Part shown: positions 27,277 to 40,331 of the stretch, one piece after another
Layout of the letters: every line of letters begins with the position of its first letter
Numbering within the stretch: the stretch's first letter is position 1
From: Nymphaea colorata
Taxonomy: Eukaryota
Assembly: GCF_008831285.2 (NCBI RefSeq)
Contig: NC_045138.2
Location: 372,001 to 436,000 of the forward strand
DNA length: 64,000 nt
Direction: 5' to 3'
Notes under the pieces: generated by a model
The model's input: the letters and a program-made list of their open reading frames with translations, nothing else
What the model was told of the DNA's origin: nothing
The model's database searches: none
Made by a program: the position numbers and the translations under genes

Positions 27277-27745
27277 TTTTTGCTCATGGAAAGATGTGAT
27301 TGTGCAATTGGACCTGTCACCTTGATCACCTGTCCCACGAATAAGTGGTTGGACAAATGGGCCATGAGGAAGCGCACACCATTGACAGCCGCGAAAATGG
27401 CGACTGGTTGGAAAGCTGAACAAGAAGGTCTTCTCCCCAATCAATGGGCTTCATTTTTCTGCTTATCCATGTCTTACCCAATAGAAAATTGGCAAATTGC
27501 ACTTCAAAATAGACTACTGGCCACAACCTGTTAACTATGGGCTTTCAGCTCAAGGAGGGGATGTACAAAAGACTGAGTGCAGCTTGACATCCACCAAACA
27601 GATGAAAGCTATCATAGAGTTAGTTAAAGATCTACCTTCATATATAGTGCATCCTCATCAGAAATCAACTTACTGGGATTCAACTTAAAAAACTATTTGA
27701 TTCATGAAGTCTGCCCAACATTAGTCAACTCGTCTTGCTTTTCAA

Positions 27746-27852
<107 letters not shown>

Positions 27853-28078
27853 CTCTTTTATATGTTTCATTTTTTGCTCCAAATGGATCCCGTAGAGGCT
27901 GTTTGGCATCAGGAACATTGTGTGATTGTTTTATAAATTTTTTCCAAATATTGGATACATTCATGGACTACTTGAATGAATTTACCATGAATTTGTCTGA
28001 ATATTTGTGGCAGATTTTTTGAACACTCCCACAGTGATCTTCATGTCAAACAGACCCTTAGGGATGCGGAGAGCTTGG

Positions 28079-28556
28079 CTGGTTGGATCTGAACCTGGAT
28101 CAGGTTTATACTGTATCTGATCCATTTGCAGCCCTACCAAGTCAAGGCCCAGAGAGCCGAGATATAAAGCAACATGGATTGTGATCCAAATCTTTGACGA
28201 GTCGGGATGCAGGTCCAAGTTGCGGTCCATATCAACTAAGGAGCAAAAACAGCACAGAAAATATTATCAAAACTGGTTGAATCTGGACCTGGATCAGGTT
28301 TATACCATACCTGATCCATTTGCAGCCCTACCAACTCAAGGCCCTGAAAGCAGAGATAAAGTAACATGGATTGTGATCCAAATCTTTGACAGTTGGGACG
28401 CAGGTCCAAGTTGAGGTCCATATTAACTAAGGAGCATAAACAGCACAGAAAATATTATCAAAACTGGTTGAATATGGGCCTTGATCAGGTTTCTACCATA
28501 TCTGATCCATTTGCAGCCGTACCAAGTCAAGGCCCAGAGAGCAGAGATATAAAGCA
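28079..28556 (+). repeat. Tandem repeat, unit about 190-194 bp, 2.5 copies, containing a MITE terminus
   Basis: CTGGTTG.AT.TG..CCT.GATCAGGTTT starts at 28079, 28273 and 28463. Each unit contains GATCCATTTGCAGCC(C/G)TA. Confidence 0.9.
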
Positions 28557-29070
28557 AACGAGTCGGGGTGCAGTTATTTTTACATATATATGCTAAACTA
28601 AAATTTTTGAAATTTACATACAAATTTTTAAATTTGAACGTTGCTGTGAAAACTGGTCGTTGTCGATAGTATTCAGTTGAGGTCTGTCACTTAGATGTAG
28701 ACTGAACAGGTTAATTGCAACAAGACTCTGTGATCACATGCACTTTTTCACTCACACATTGGTTATATTGCTTGGATATACAATGAATCGAACCAATTTG
28801 AACACGACTTGAACTTGTTTGTATATGCTCAACTTGAGCTCGACTTGAACTTGCTTGAGTTATGAGTCATAAAAGAGTCGAGTTCGAGTTCAAACTTGAC
28901 TTGAGTTGTGTCTTCCCTGTTTGTTAATCTTTGTATGCTGATAATTTTTTTTTATGAATTTTTAACACTTTTTCCATAGTTTCATTTTCATTAAAAAAAA
29001 AAATCAAGTAACACATGCTTAAATGAATTGAGCCAAACAATATATAACCCAGCCAAACTCGAGTTGAACT

Positions 29071-29448
29071 TAAGGCTGGGTGTCAGATCGGGCACCTAGC
29101 CTGACTCGGGGCCGGCTCGGGTGGGCCTGACTTAGCCTTGTTTGACTCGATAGTATTTTGAATATTAATTTCATTGATATATATACATACATACATATAT
29201 ACATATATATATATATAATTATAATATTTTATTACAATTATTTATATTTATATAATATTTTACATTAAAAACAAATTTTTAATTTAATCGGGTAGAGCTG
29301 AACTCGGTTTGAGCTTTGGTATTGGGTGTTGAGCCAAGCCCGGGCCCTGGTTTCAGGTGTTAGGCCAGGTCCAGGCCTGTATTTTGGGTATCGGATGGAC
29401 CCCAGCACGACTGGTTATCGAGCCGGGCCGGACCAATGCCCAGGTCTA
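29071..29448. mobile_element. hAT-type MITE nested in an older AACTCGAG-rich MITE
   Basis: Termini TAAGGCTGGG ... CCCAGGTCTA, GC-rich subterminals and an AT core; degenerate 8-bp TSD GTTGAACT/ACTGAACT. Confidence 0.7.
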
Positions 29449-29672
29449 ACTGAACTCCAGTCGAGATCCGCTCACTCGTAGCAGATTCGTAACTTCCTGT
29501 ATAATCTGCCCTTCACTTGACTCGTATAAAAGAAAACAAATAAGTGTAGCTCGTATCCGGAATATTTATGCCCTAAATTTTCCACTAGTTAACAGTTAAA
29601 GACGATTACTCAGAGTGTAGTTAGGATATGGACAAGATCCATGAGCAACCAGTAAAGTTTAAGTGCAGCACG

Positions 29673-30047
29673 AGGAGTATGGTGCGAGGGCGTCAAATGG
29701 TTTGGATTTTTCCTCCAACGAGTGACCTGAATCTTTATATTGGGGTATCGCTAGGGATGTCCACCCTAAGATACAATCTAACGTTTGATTCATATGCAGA
29801 TTTGACTGGTTAGATTTCATAAGAAAATGCAGATCTGATTAGGAAAACTGGGTGGAGCAACAGGAGTATGGTGCGAGGGCGTCAAATGGTTTGGATTTTT
29901 CTTCAAACGAGTGACCCGAATCTTTATATTGGGGTATCGCTAGGGATGTCCACGCTAAGATACAATCTACTGTTTTGATTCATATGCAGATTTGACTGGT
30001 TGGATTTCATAAGAAAAATCAGATCTGATTAGGAAAACTGGATGGAG
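29673..30047 (+). repeat. Tandem duplication, unit about 189 bp
   Basis: AGGAGTATGGTGCGAGGGCGTCAAATGG starts at 29673 and 29862. Confidence 0.9.
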
Positions 30048-32681
30048 GTTTGTTATCGTATTTCATACCCAATTTCGGTGGACAATTGAATCAGATTACA
30101 TGGAAAAATTTGGATAATTAGTATTTGTATACCTAAATCTGAATAAGACTCTGATACTCATAAACAATACCAAATTACTCAATTATGTTGATGTTATCTC
30201 CGATCCAAATCTAATTAGTCAACGTCCCTAAGCAGTGATTCTATTTCTTTCTATCAGAAATTTTCTGACTTTTATTATCAAAAATAAAAAATATTTGAAT
30301 ACTGCAAAGTCAGCCACGGTCCATTGCCGTGGCGGACAAGTGAGTGGCCCCCACCATTTGAGAGATAAAAGGGCGCAAAGTTGTTTCAACAGATTGAAGA
30401 GAAAAAAACAGATCACACTGATACTGATGGGAAAATACATGTGAACGACAGAAACATCTAGAATTTAGTTAAAGAAGCAGAATCTGAATTTAACTAACAT
30501 GGATGAGAGGAAGAATGGTGTATGGAATCCAAGGAAGAGTGTGAAAGTCAAGGGCTGGGGCCAGTGAAGAATAAGTAACTGAATCAAAGGCTGAATTACT
30601 TCCACCGACAAGTGTGCGTGAAGATGGACCCATTCACTCAACTTGATTTTTATGAGGGAAGGGCCAAAGTCTACATGTCAATTGTAATTGTCAGATCCTT
30701 ATCTTTAGTTCTTCTTTTGCTTTTTTTTCCTTCCACTAGAAAATTGCTGCTGTTTCATGGAACCAACATATATATACATATATATATATATATATGCCAA
30801 TGTTTAGATTATGACAAGGTTTGGATCTGGCTGTTGGAGTCAATATGTATCTTTGCAACCAAGTCTAAATTTGACTCTTAGTCCACTCAAGATTGAAATA
30901 AGTTTGGATTGAATGTCATATATCGGACTTGCTTTTACTTAATGAAATCAGACACCCTAAAGATTAAATTCATTTTATAACTATCTTTTTTTGCTTTAGT
31001 TTGTGGGAATACCCTTGGCCTACCGTAAAGAAAATGATGTCTTAGTCACTTTGTCTTTTTTATTGGTGGATACTGTGGATTAAATCCATTTCACAACTGC
31101 CTCTTTTTTACTTAGTTTATACAAATACCCTTGGTCTATTGATGCTCTCGCACTATGTGTTCTTTCCTCGTGGTTGGTTTGGATTAAATTCATTTCAGAA
31201 CTGTGCTTTTTGCTTTAGTTTATTCAGATATCTGACGAGGCTGCAGCCCCTTCCTTTTTTCCTTTAACCTTATTCTGAGTATAGAGTAGTATACATGTCA
31301 ACTAGAGTGTTGCATCCACCTTTTGCAGTCCCCTACAGTAGGACCCATAATAATTGAGCTAATGCCAAACTTTTGTTGGCCTGTCAGTCTGGCCAACTAA
31401 GCTATACCGCTTGGAGCTTTTTTTATACGTGGGGATAGAATGAATTGCAAATGATCAATTTTGTATAGGATTATTACAAACGGACATCAAATGTAAGTTA
31501 GCTATTCTACTTTGTGGAATCAAATTTAAATTGAACTAGTCAGATTATGTTGAAAGAAGAAAAAAAAAGAAGAATAAAAAGAGAAGAAATATTCTAGCTA
31601 TCAGCCACATATTAGATGAATAAGGGACCATAAGGACTACCGATCTCTCAACAATCTGATTTCCATTCTCATATAATACCCATCATGTACATTATATTCT
31701 CACCATGCATAGTTTCTCCTATGACACTGTGACATATTTTTTAAATTATTGGTATTTGATTTTTTTAATGTTTTAAAGTGAGAAAAATAATTAATGCCGA
31801 GACAACATTAAAAATTTAAGACAAATAATTTCTTTAAAAAATGAATGATTGTCTAGAAAAAAAAAGAAGGGGCCATTGTCAATTTGTTGTTGATTCCTTG
31901 ATTGGGATTCTAAGAGGAAAAGGAAATACGAGGCATCTAAAGATGGTAGGCTGAACCACACGCAAGTGGACAATGGTAATGTTTATTTCTTTGATGTAAG
32001 AATGATTTTTTAATTGGTCAGAGCCAACCTTGCCTAGCTACTGCCACTTCATCATGTTCTGTTGCTATTGTTAGAAAAGCCTTTCACATCCAGTTCTGAG
32101 CTCACAGTTTTGCAAACAGAGTTTGTTGAAACTTGAATGACAACAGCTGAACAGGATTAGTATGAGTCCCAAACATTCTGAACCTAAGTTTAAATATGAA
32201 ACACTCTGTAATGGTCATCATGGGGACATCATCATCTTTGTCTCTTCAAAATAGGGATGACCAGCCTTGAGTTTGGCAAGTTTGATGGCATTCCCTCGTG
32301 GCGCGAACAAGTTGTACTTCTAGTCAATGGTCAGTTGGATGGGATAAATAAAATTTTGGATTTTGAAAAAAAAAAAATCATGCATCCAAGCTTTTTACAT
32401 AATACAATGAGAAATCCGATAAATGTGAGAAAGTGGAAATGTAGGTGATGTAGTAGTTTGTGGTTCAGGAATTTTTTCGGATTTATTTAGCACCAATCAT
32501 GGACCTTGTCAGCTTGTGGAGCACTTCCTTCGTCTTCCTTATCCTTTCATTTTCAGATTTTAGCAGTGGTCGACCTAAATTTGTTTGGCCTTCCTTCGAC
32601 CTCCTCTCCTTCCATTTTCAGATTTGTAGTTCTCTTCCTTTGCCAGCTCTTTCTTCTACCAAGAGAAGAACAGAGGAGGAG

Positions 32682-35118
32682 ATGACAACAGTGATCGACA
32701 CCCTTGTGCAAACACCTATTTCTATTCTGTTGGGGGATGTAATCAGCTTGTTGAAAGAAAAGGTGGACCTCGTCTTGAATGCCAAAGACGATCTCGAGGT
32801 GCTCCAGCAGAAGCTGAGATACTTTGAGAAGGCCCTCAAAGTCACACATCACAAGCCCTTTTCAGCAATGAGCGCAACAGAGATCAGGAGGGACAGCTGA
32901 AGGATGTTTTTTATGATGCCCAGGACACCATTGAAAGAAACCATACCACGATTGCACTTTGCAAAAGGGACAAGCATTCTGTAACTTCATGGTAAGGAAG
33001 CCCTGGACTACTCTGTGCTCTTGCTTTAAGGAACATGTATCTGCTTCCTACAAACTTGCAAATGACATTAAAACTATCAACCAAAAGCTTGATAAAATAA
33101 AAGAAAATAATAAGATGATGGAAGATGTGTTTGGAAGAAATATTGGTGGTGAGGGTCCTGTTCATGGTGAAAATGACAATCCCTGAGCGACAACCCATCA
33201 CATGGGTGCACAACCATCCATAGGTAGGGAGGATGATAAAAAGGACATAGTAAGAAAGCCCGTGTCAAACGACTCTATAGAGAGTAGTAATACACAGGAG
33301 GGTGGTGTTTCTATTATTTCTATCGTAGGAAAAGGCAGAATCTGCAGAACAACTCTTGCAAAAATGGTCTTTAAAGAAACCGAAGAACATTTTGGAAAAA
33401 GTAGATGGTGGGTTTGTGTTTCAGAGAGACCAAACTGTAAGGATTTGGGGCAGAAAATACTACGGGAAGTGCACAAGGGAACTGGAGAAAACCTTGATTG
33501 TTCCTTGAGTGAGTTGTGCACACAATTACGGAATTAGCTCCCAAAGGAAAAATTTTTGTTGGTCCTAGATGATGTGTGGGAACTAAAATGGTGGAACGAA
33601 GAGGTAGAGGGAACAATGATGGCGGGTGCAATTCGGAGCACGATTTTGATTACCAGTAGAAAGAAAGATGTTTCAGATGGGATGCGTGCTTCTTATATGC
33701 ATGAATTACGAGAATTTAGTTTTGACCAAAGCTGATAGTTGTTTCTAAAGGAGGCACTAAGAGAAGGCCAAACAGAAGAAGATTTGGTGACGCATAAGAT
33801 GAGAGATGTTGGATAGAGAATAGTAAGGAAGTGTGGTGGGTTGTCGCTTGTGATTAAGACGGTAGGGTCGATGATGTGTACCAAGAAAATGCATACAGAA
33901 GATTGGAAATTCATCGAGGATAGTAAGATATGGGAATGGGAGATGTCTGCAAACTCATCATCATCCTCTGAAATTGGTGGCAAAATTCTTCCAGGTCTCA
34001 TGCTGAGCTATAATGACTTGTTGCATTATTTGAAGAGTTTTGTTTATTGTTGCATTTATCCAAAGGATTATGAGATTGAAAGGGAGATATTGATCAGGCA
34101 GTGGGTGGCGCATGGATTGATTGAGGAAAAGGAAGGTACATATGTGGAAGTGACAGCAAACCAATACATTAAAGATCTGATGAACCGATGCTTGATTGAA
34201 GAAACCAATGATAGATTTTATTGGGGCACTTGTCTGAAGTTGCATGACATTTTGCATGACCTTGCCTTATATATAAGTGGCAAGGAATATAGCCATGTAT
34301 CTGCTACTGAGCACACCCGCAATCTGTCCTTGCTTGCTGTAGATGGTGCAGAAGTGCAAAAACGTAATGCCTCGGGAGAAGAAAATAAGTTGCTCACATT
34401 GTTGTGCAATTCATATTTTGATTCAGACTTGTCTTTGATCTATATTAAACACTTAACTAATTTCAAGTGGTTGAGGGTGTTGTCATTGAGGTGATGGCAA
34501 ATGGATGATTTGCCAAATTCCATTGAAGACCTTTCACTTCTGAAATATCTCGATCTCTGCTATTCTAAAGTAAGACGGTTGCCCAGTTCAATCGGCAAAC
34601 TCTGTAACTTGCAAACATTGGATTTAAGTTATAGTTATATTAAGAGTTGCCCAAGGAAATGGGTGAACTTGCAACTTGAGGCATCTTGGCTTGAAAGAGA
34701 CAAAGGAATCGGAATTTGTAGCGGAAGGTCTGGGGAAGCTTACTAATTTACGAACCTTGCATAGGTTTATGGTATGTGATGACAAAGGGAAGACAAGACG
34801 TTGGAATATGAAGGAACTAAAAGACTTGAATAAACTAACGGGGGAATTGTCAATTGAACGTTTTGGTGGGGGAAGGGTGAAAGTAGTTGATGCAAAGAAA
34901 GCAGAGCTTAAGGAGAAGCATGAGCTAATTTGGGTGAAATTTGACTTCGAGGCGCGAGAGGATGATAAAGTTGGTAATGCTTCTGAAGAGAGGGGTTTGC
35001 TGGAGGCTTTGGAACCTCCACATGGCATAGGGAGGTTGGGAATTTGTGGTTATAAAGGAGATAGGCCTACGTGGAATTTGGACACCAATTACGGGGAGCT
35101 ACAGATGCTATGCCTAGA
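32682..35118 (+). pseudogene. CC-NB-ARC-LRR (CNL) resistance pseudogene, 5' part
   Basis: CC with EDVID-like KDVFYDAQDTIE; IGREDDKKDIV; degenerate P-loop IVGKGRICRTTLA; RNBS-A WWVCVS; kinase-2 FLLVLDDVW; RNBS-B ILITSR; GLPL-like KCGGLSL; RNBS-D YCCIYPKDYEI; MHD-like LHDILHDLA; LRRs such as LKYLDLCYSKVRRLPSSIGKLCNLQTLDL. Many stops (33184, 33535, 33734, 33814, 34492) and frameshifts. Confidence 0.95.
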
Positions 35119-37696
35119 TGTTTGCATCGCAAAATTTTTGGTTGGTTTTGAAGTGGTCCAGAAAAATGAGTTTTTGTTTTGAAATAGGAAAGAAAGGGAC
35201 TCGCCCGTCGGTACGAGGGTCGACCGTTCCTGGCGCCTTTATCGGGGGTAATCAACCCAAGGGCTATGTTTATTATTGATGCATTTCGTTTTAATTTGAA
35301 CATCTCTTTGATTCCATATGTGGTGTAGAAAAATATTGAAAGTTTGATGTTTCAAACTTTTGAAAAGGTTCTTGAAGAGTGCTTGAGTATGTGAAATATT
35401 TTGGGAAAACTAGAAGGAAATCCTTGTGAATATCATTGGAAAGCTTGAAAAGTTATTTTGAAATCATTTTAGTGCTTTCTTAAGACATTAAGTAGGTTTT
35501 GAGATTTTGCTCTAATTCGGTTACTACATACTTAAAGTTTCATCTTATCTTGCTTAAGTTTTTTTGGAGAGGTGCTTGTAATCATACGTGTCATTAAATG
35601 AGTGAAAATGAATGGATGCATTGATCTATATGATTGAAAAGGAAAATCATTCATTCCTACCATAACATTCATCTAGATACATTCCTACCATAACATACAT
35701 CTAAGATTTTTGTTTTTGTAAATATCATATATATGAAGGAAAGGTCTTTGAAAATGGATTGGGGTTGTAGACCATCAAGCATGAATCTAATATTGGGTCA
35801 TTACTTGGTTCGTGGACTTGATGAAGTCGGCAAATAAAAAATTAAAATCTTAAACGAAAGAATGGAAAAGATGAAGGAATACATCCAAAGAGGGATGTAG
35901 ACAAAGAAAAAGATCTTGAAAATCATAAAACCACATGTTGAAAAAGAAAGTTATGTATTTGTATACATATATGAAAGCTTATGAAAATGATGTTTATATC
36001 AAGTAGAGAAGAGAAGATCATTTTAGAAAGAGAAAGAGAGATTTTAAAATAGAATACACGTACATATATATATTTATATATACGTATATGAGAGTTTATA
36101 AAAGTATGTTAAATCATAGAAACAGAAACAACAAAGAAAGATATTCATGTGCATGCATACGTATATAACATCTATATATGCATACGTTTTTATGAAAATA
36201 AAAATCAAGGAATGATTTAAAATAGCTGACTTCAAATTTTGATATAGGCTGGAAGGGAGCTTGGACTCATGCAAGAGCCTAAGCTAAGTCTCCAAGGCCG
36301 CATTAGAGAGATTTCTTTTGAAAATGTTTTGAAAAATATGATTTATATAAAAACATAAAATATTTATGGTTTGGTTACAAGGGAATATGTTTCTTCCACC
36401 GTCGGGTATGGAAGAAAATCTAGCAACACATCGAGGAACTCTTTAGGGTTCATGCAAATGCAAATTAAAAGGAAACTAATGCGAAATGTCATGCAAATAC
36501 ATATTAACATGTACATATTCGTGAGGGTTTCCCCGGGTTGGACAAGTCCCAACCTCAAAAATTAGTATGAAGATAAAGAATCCCCAAACCACACTCTCAT
36601 TCCCACCATACATTCACATATAAATGAAAAACCAAGCAACTATGCATGGATAATATATAGACAATATTCAAGGAAGGAAAGAGAGAGAGAGAGAGATGGA
36701 AAGAGAAAGATTCAACTAGGAGGAAGGACATGAAGTAACTATGAAATAAAAGATCATCTCATCTTTCCATGCTTTCGGTGCACTTGAGCATAACCTCTTG
36801 TCTCTAAAAAAAAAGATTGAATGTTATCTCCCTTGGCCATGGGGAGAGGAAGATGAGATGAAAATGAGGAAAACAAAAGAAGTCTATATTCAAGAAAAGA
36901 AATAGCAACAACAACAAGATTATATTTGAGAAAATGAATAACATGATTTAATCGTAGAATGAAAGATTATTTCATATTTTCATGCTCCCGGTGCTCTCGA
37001 GTATAGCCTCTTGACTCTAAAATAGAGAGTGAGAGCTATCTCATATGGCCATGAGGAGATAAAGAAGAGAGGAAAGAAAATAAAGAATGGAGTGAGGTTT
37101 GGATTACATACCTCTAAATGAAAAAAGCTTAGAGAAAATGAACACCTTAGCTTGAAGATTCTCTTGAGTGAAGCTCCAAGATGATGCCTCCAAGAGAGTT
37201 GTAACTTGCTCCAAATTGGAGAAGAAGAGAAATGAAAAGAGGAAGAGGAGGAAAGAAAGAGCTCAAGAGAAATCCTAAGTCTTCAAGTGAGAATACTTTA
37301 GGGTTTCTCCCAATGACCACTCTTGCCCAAGATGGGGGAAAGTAGGAGTATTTTTACAGGATTTTGGAGCCAAAATCCATAAAAGACCAAAATTGCCATC
37401 TAAAAGGATGTTCTTTGTCAAAAATGAGGGCAAATGAGTCTTGTTTACCAAAAAAACCAAAATTGCCTTCTAAAAGGAGATTCTATATAAAAAAAAAGAG
37501 GGGCAAATGGATCTTTTTACCAAAAAGACTAAAATTACCCTTTAAAAAGAGGTTCTTTGTAAAAAAGAATGGGCAAATGGGTCTTGTTTACCAAAAAAAC
37601 TAAAATTGCTCTCTAAAAGAGGTTATTTGTTAAAAAAGAGGGGCAAACGGGTCTTGTTTACCAAAAAAACCAAAATTACCCTCTAAAAGGAGGTTT
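35119..37696 (-). repeat. Outer LTR-A, a variant subfamily interrupted within its ~71-bp repeat array
   Basis: Starts TGTTTGCATC like LTR-C. It has block substitutions and an internal ~210-bp duplication (36760..37070) absent from B and C, and lacks the GGTGATTACA end. Confidence 0.88.
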
Positions 37697-40318
37697 TATT
37701 TGCATCTCCATAATTTTTAGTTTTTTTGGAGTGCTCCAAAAAAATGAGATTTTTATTTGAAAATAAAAGAGAAACGGACTCACCCGTCGGTACGAGGATC
37801 AACCGTTCCCGGTGTCTTTTCCAGGGGTAATCAATCCAAGGGCTATATGTTTATTATTAATGCATTTCATTTTGGCTTAAACATCTTTTCTATATGCAGT
37901 GTAAAAGAATATTGAAAGTTTGATGTTTCAAACTTTTGAAAAGGTTCTTGAACAATTGCTTGAGAATGTTAAACATTTTGATGAAAAGTAGAGTTCAGAA
38001 ATCTTTTAAATATCATTTGAAAAGCTTGGGGAATCACTTTGAGATCATTTTAGTGTTCTCTTAAGACTTTAAGTAGGCTTGAGATTTTTCTCTAATTCGA
38101 TTACCACCTAATTAGAGTTGCATCTCATCTTGCTTAAATTCTTTTAGAGATGTGTTTGTGCTCATTTGTGATATTGAGTGGAAGTGAATGCATTGATGCA
38201 TTAATCCTTAGATGAAAGGAAGAAAAATGACTCATTCCTTCCACAACATTCATCTAAGACATTCCTACCATAACATACATCTAATATTTTTGTTTTTATA
38301 GTTATCATATATAAGAAAGAAAAGTTTTTGAAAATGGATTGGGATTGAAGACTATCAAGCATGAATCCATTATTGGGTCATTACTTGAGTTGTGGTTTTA
38401 ATGAAGTCCGTAAATAAAAAATTAAAATCTTAAATGGTAAGATATTGGAAGAATGAAAAAGATGAAGGACTACATCCAAAGAGGGATATAGAGAAAGAAA
38501 AAGATCTTGAAAATCATAAAATCACATGTTTTGAAAAAGAAAGATATGTATTTGTATACATGCACAAAAGCTTATGAAAATGATGTTTATATCAAGCAGA
38601 GAAGAGAATATCATTTTAGAAAGAGAAAGAGAGATTTTAAAATGGAATACACGTACATATATATATTTATATATACGTATACGAGAGTTTATATGTATGT
38701 TAAATCAGAGAAAGAGAAACAACAAAGAAAGATATTCATGTACTTACATACGTATATAACATGCATATACGCATACATTTTCATGAATATGAAAATCAAG
38801 GAATGATTTGAAAATAGCCAAGTTCAAATTTTCATATAGACCGAAAGGGAGCTTGGACTCATGCAAGAGCCTAAGCTAAGTCTCCAAGGCCGCATTAGAG
38901 AAATTTCTTTTGAAAATGTTTTGAAAAATATGATTTATATAAAAACATAGAACGTTATGATTTAGTTTGCCACAAGGGATATATTTCTTCCACTGTTGGG
39001 TATGGAAGAAAAGAAATCAAACAATAAGATGTTCATTAGGGTTCCTAATGGGATGATTAAAAGGAAACTAACGCGAAATGTCATGCAAATGTATATTAAT
39101 ATGTACATATTCGTGAGGGTTTCCCTGAGTTGGACAAGTCCCAACCTCAAAAATAAATATGAAGATAAAGAATCCCCAAACTCATTCCCACCATACATTC
39201 ACATATAAATGGAAAACCAAGCAACTATGCATGGATAATATATAGACAATATTCAAGGAAGGAAAGAGAGAGAGAGAGAGAGAGATGAAAATAGAAAGAT
39301 TCAACTATGAGGGAGGGCATGAAGTAACTATGAAATGAAAGATCATCTTATCTTTCCATGCTCCCGGTGCACTTGAGCATAGTCTCTTGTCTTTAAAAAA
39401 AGAGATTGAGTGTTATCTCCTTTGGCCATGGGGAGAGGAAGATGAGAAAAAAATGAAGAAAGAAAGAAGTGAGATATTGATTACATACCTCTAGTGAGAA
39501 TAGCTTTTGGAAAAATAAACACCTTAGCTTGAAGATTACCTTGAGTGAAGCTCCAAGATGATGCCTCCAAGAGGGTTATGGCTTGCTCCAAGTTGGAGAG
39601 AAATGGAAAGAGGGAGAGGGAGAGAGAGAGAGAGCTCAAGAGAAACTCTAAGTCTTCAAGTGAGAATACACTATAATTTCTCCCAATGGCTACTCTTGCC
39701 CAAGAGGGGGGAAGTAGGGGGTATTTATAGAGGATTTTTGAGCTAGAACCCAAAATTTGAATTTTTTTTTTGTAAAAAAACCAAAATTGCCCTCTAAAAT
39801 GAGGTTCTTTGTAAAAAAAAGAGAGGCAAATGGGTCTTATTTACCAAAAAGTCCAAAATTGTTCTCTAAAAGAAGGTTCTTTGTCAAAAAGGAGGGGCAA
39901 ATGGGTCTTGTCTATCAAAAAGACCAAAATTACCCTATAAAAGGAGGCTCTTTGTGAAAAAGGAGGGGCAAGTGGGTCTTGTTTACCTTATAGACCAAAA
40001 TTTTCCTATAAAAGGAGGGGCAAATGGGTTTTGTTTACCAAAAAGACCAAAATGATCTTCTAAAAGGAGGTTCTTTGTAAAAAATGATGGGCAAATGGGT
40101 CTTGTTTACCAAAAAGACCAAAATCACACTCTAAAAAGAGACCTTTTGTTAAAAGGAAGGGCAAATGTGTCTCAAATGCTTGATTTGGATTTGAACTTGG
40201 GTTTTTGGATCTAATTTGGATTTGGATTGTGGCTTTGGACCAATTTAGATCCAAAAATTGGGTTTTGTGTTTTTAATAAAAGAGGGCATTCTTTTTCGTA
40301 AAATTTGGGGTGATTACA
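37697..40318 (-). repeat. Internal complete LTR (LTR-B), 2622 bp
   Basis: Colinear with LTR-C (about 90% by eye); the minus strand begins TGTAATCACCCC just after a PPT. Confidence 0.9.
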
Positions 40319-40331
40319 GATACCCCTCTTT
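40319..40331 (-). promoter_or_regulatory. Polypurine tract; a second copy lies at 42177..42189
   Basis: Minus-strand AAAGAGGGGTATC immediately precedes TGTAATCACCCC. Confidence 0.75.

Noticed and set aside
36240..36270. GAAGGGAGCT in the LTRs resembling miR159/319
   Set aside because: Only a ~10-nt core matches, the 5' seed differs, and there is no hairpin partner.
36074..39208. Repeated 60-100-aa ORFs in the LTR copies
   Set aside because: Low-complexity AT-rich LTR sequence; starts and stops are not consistently conserved and there is no gag/pol similarity.
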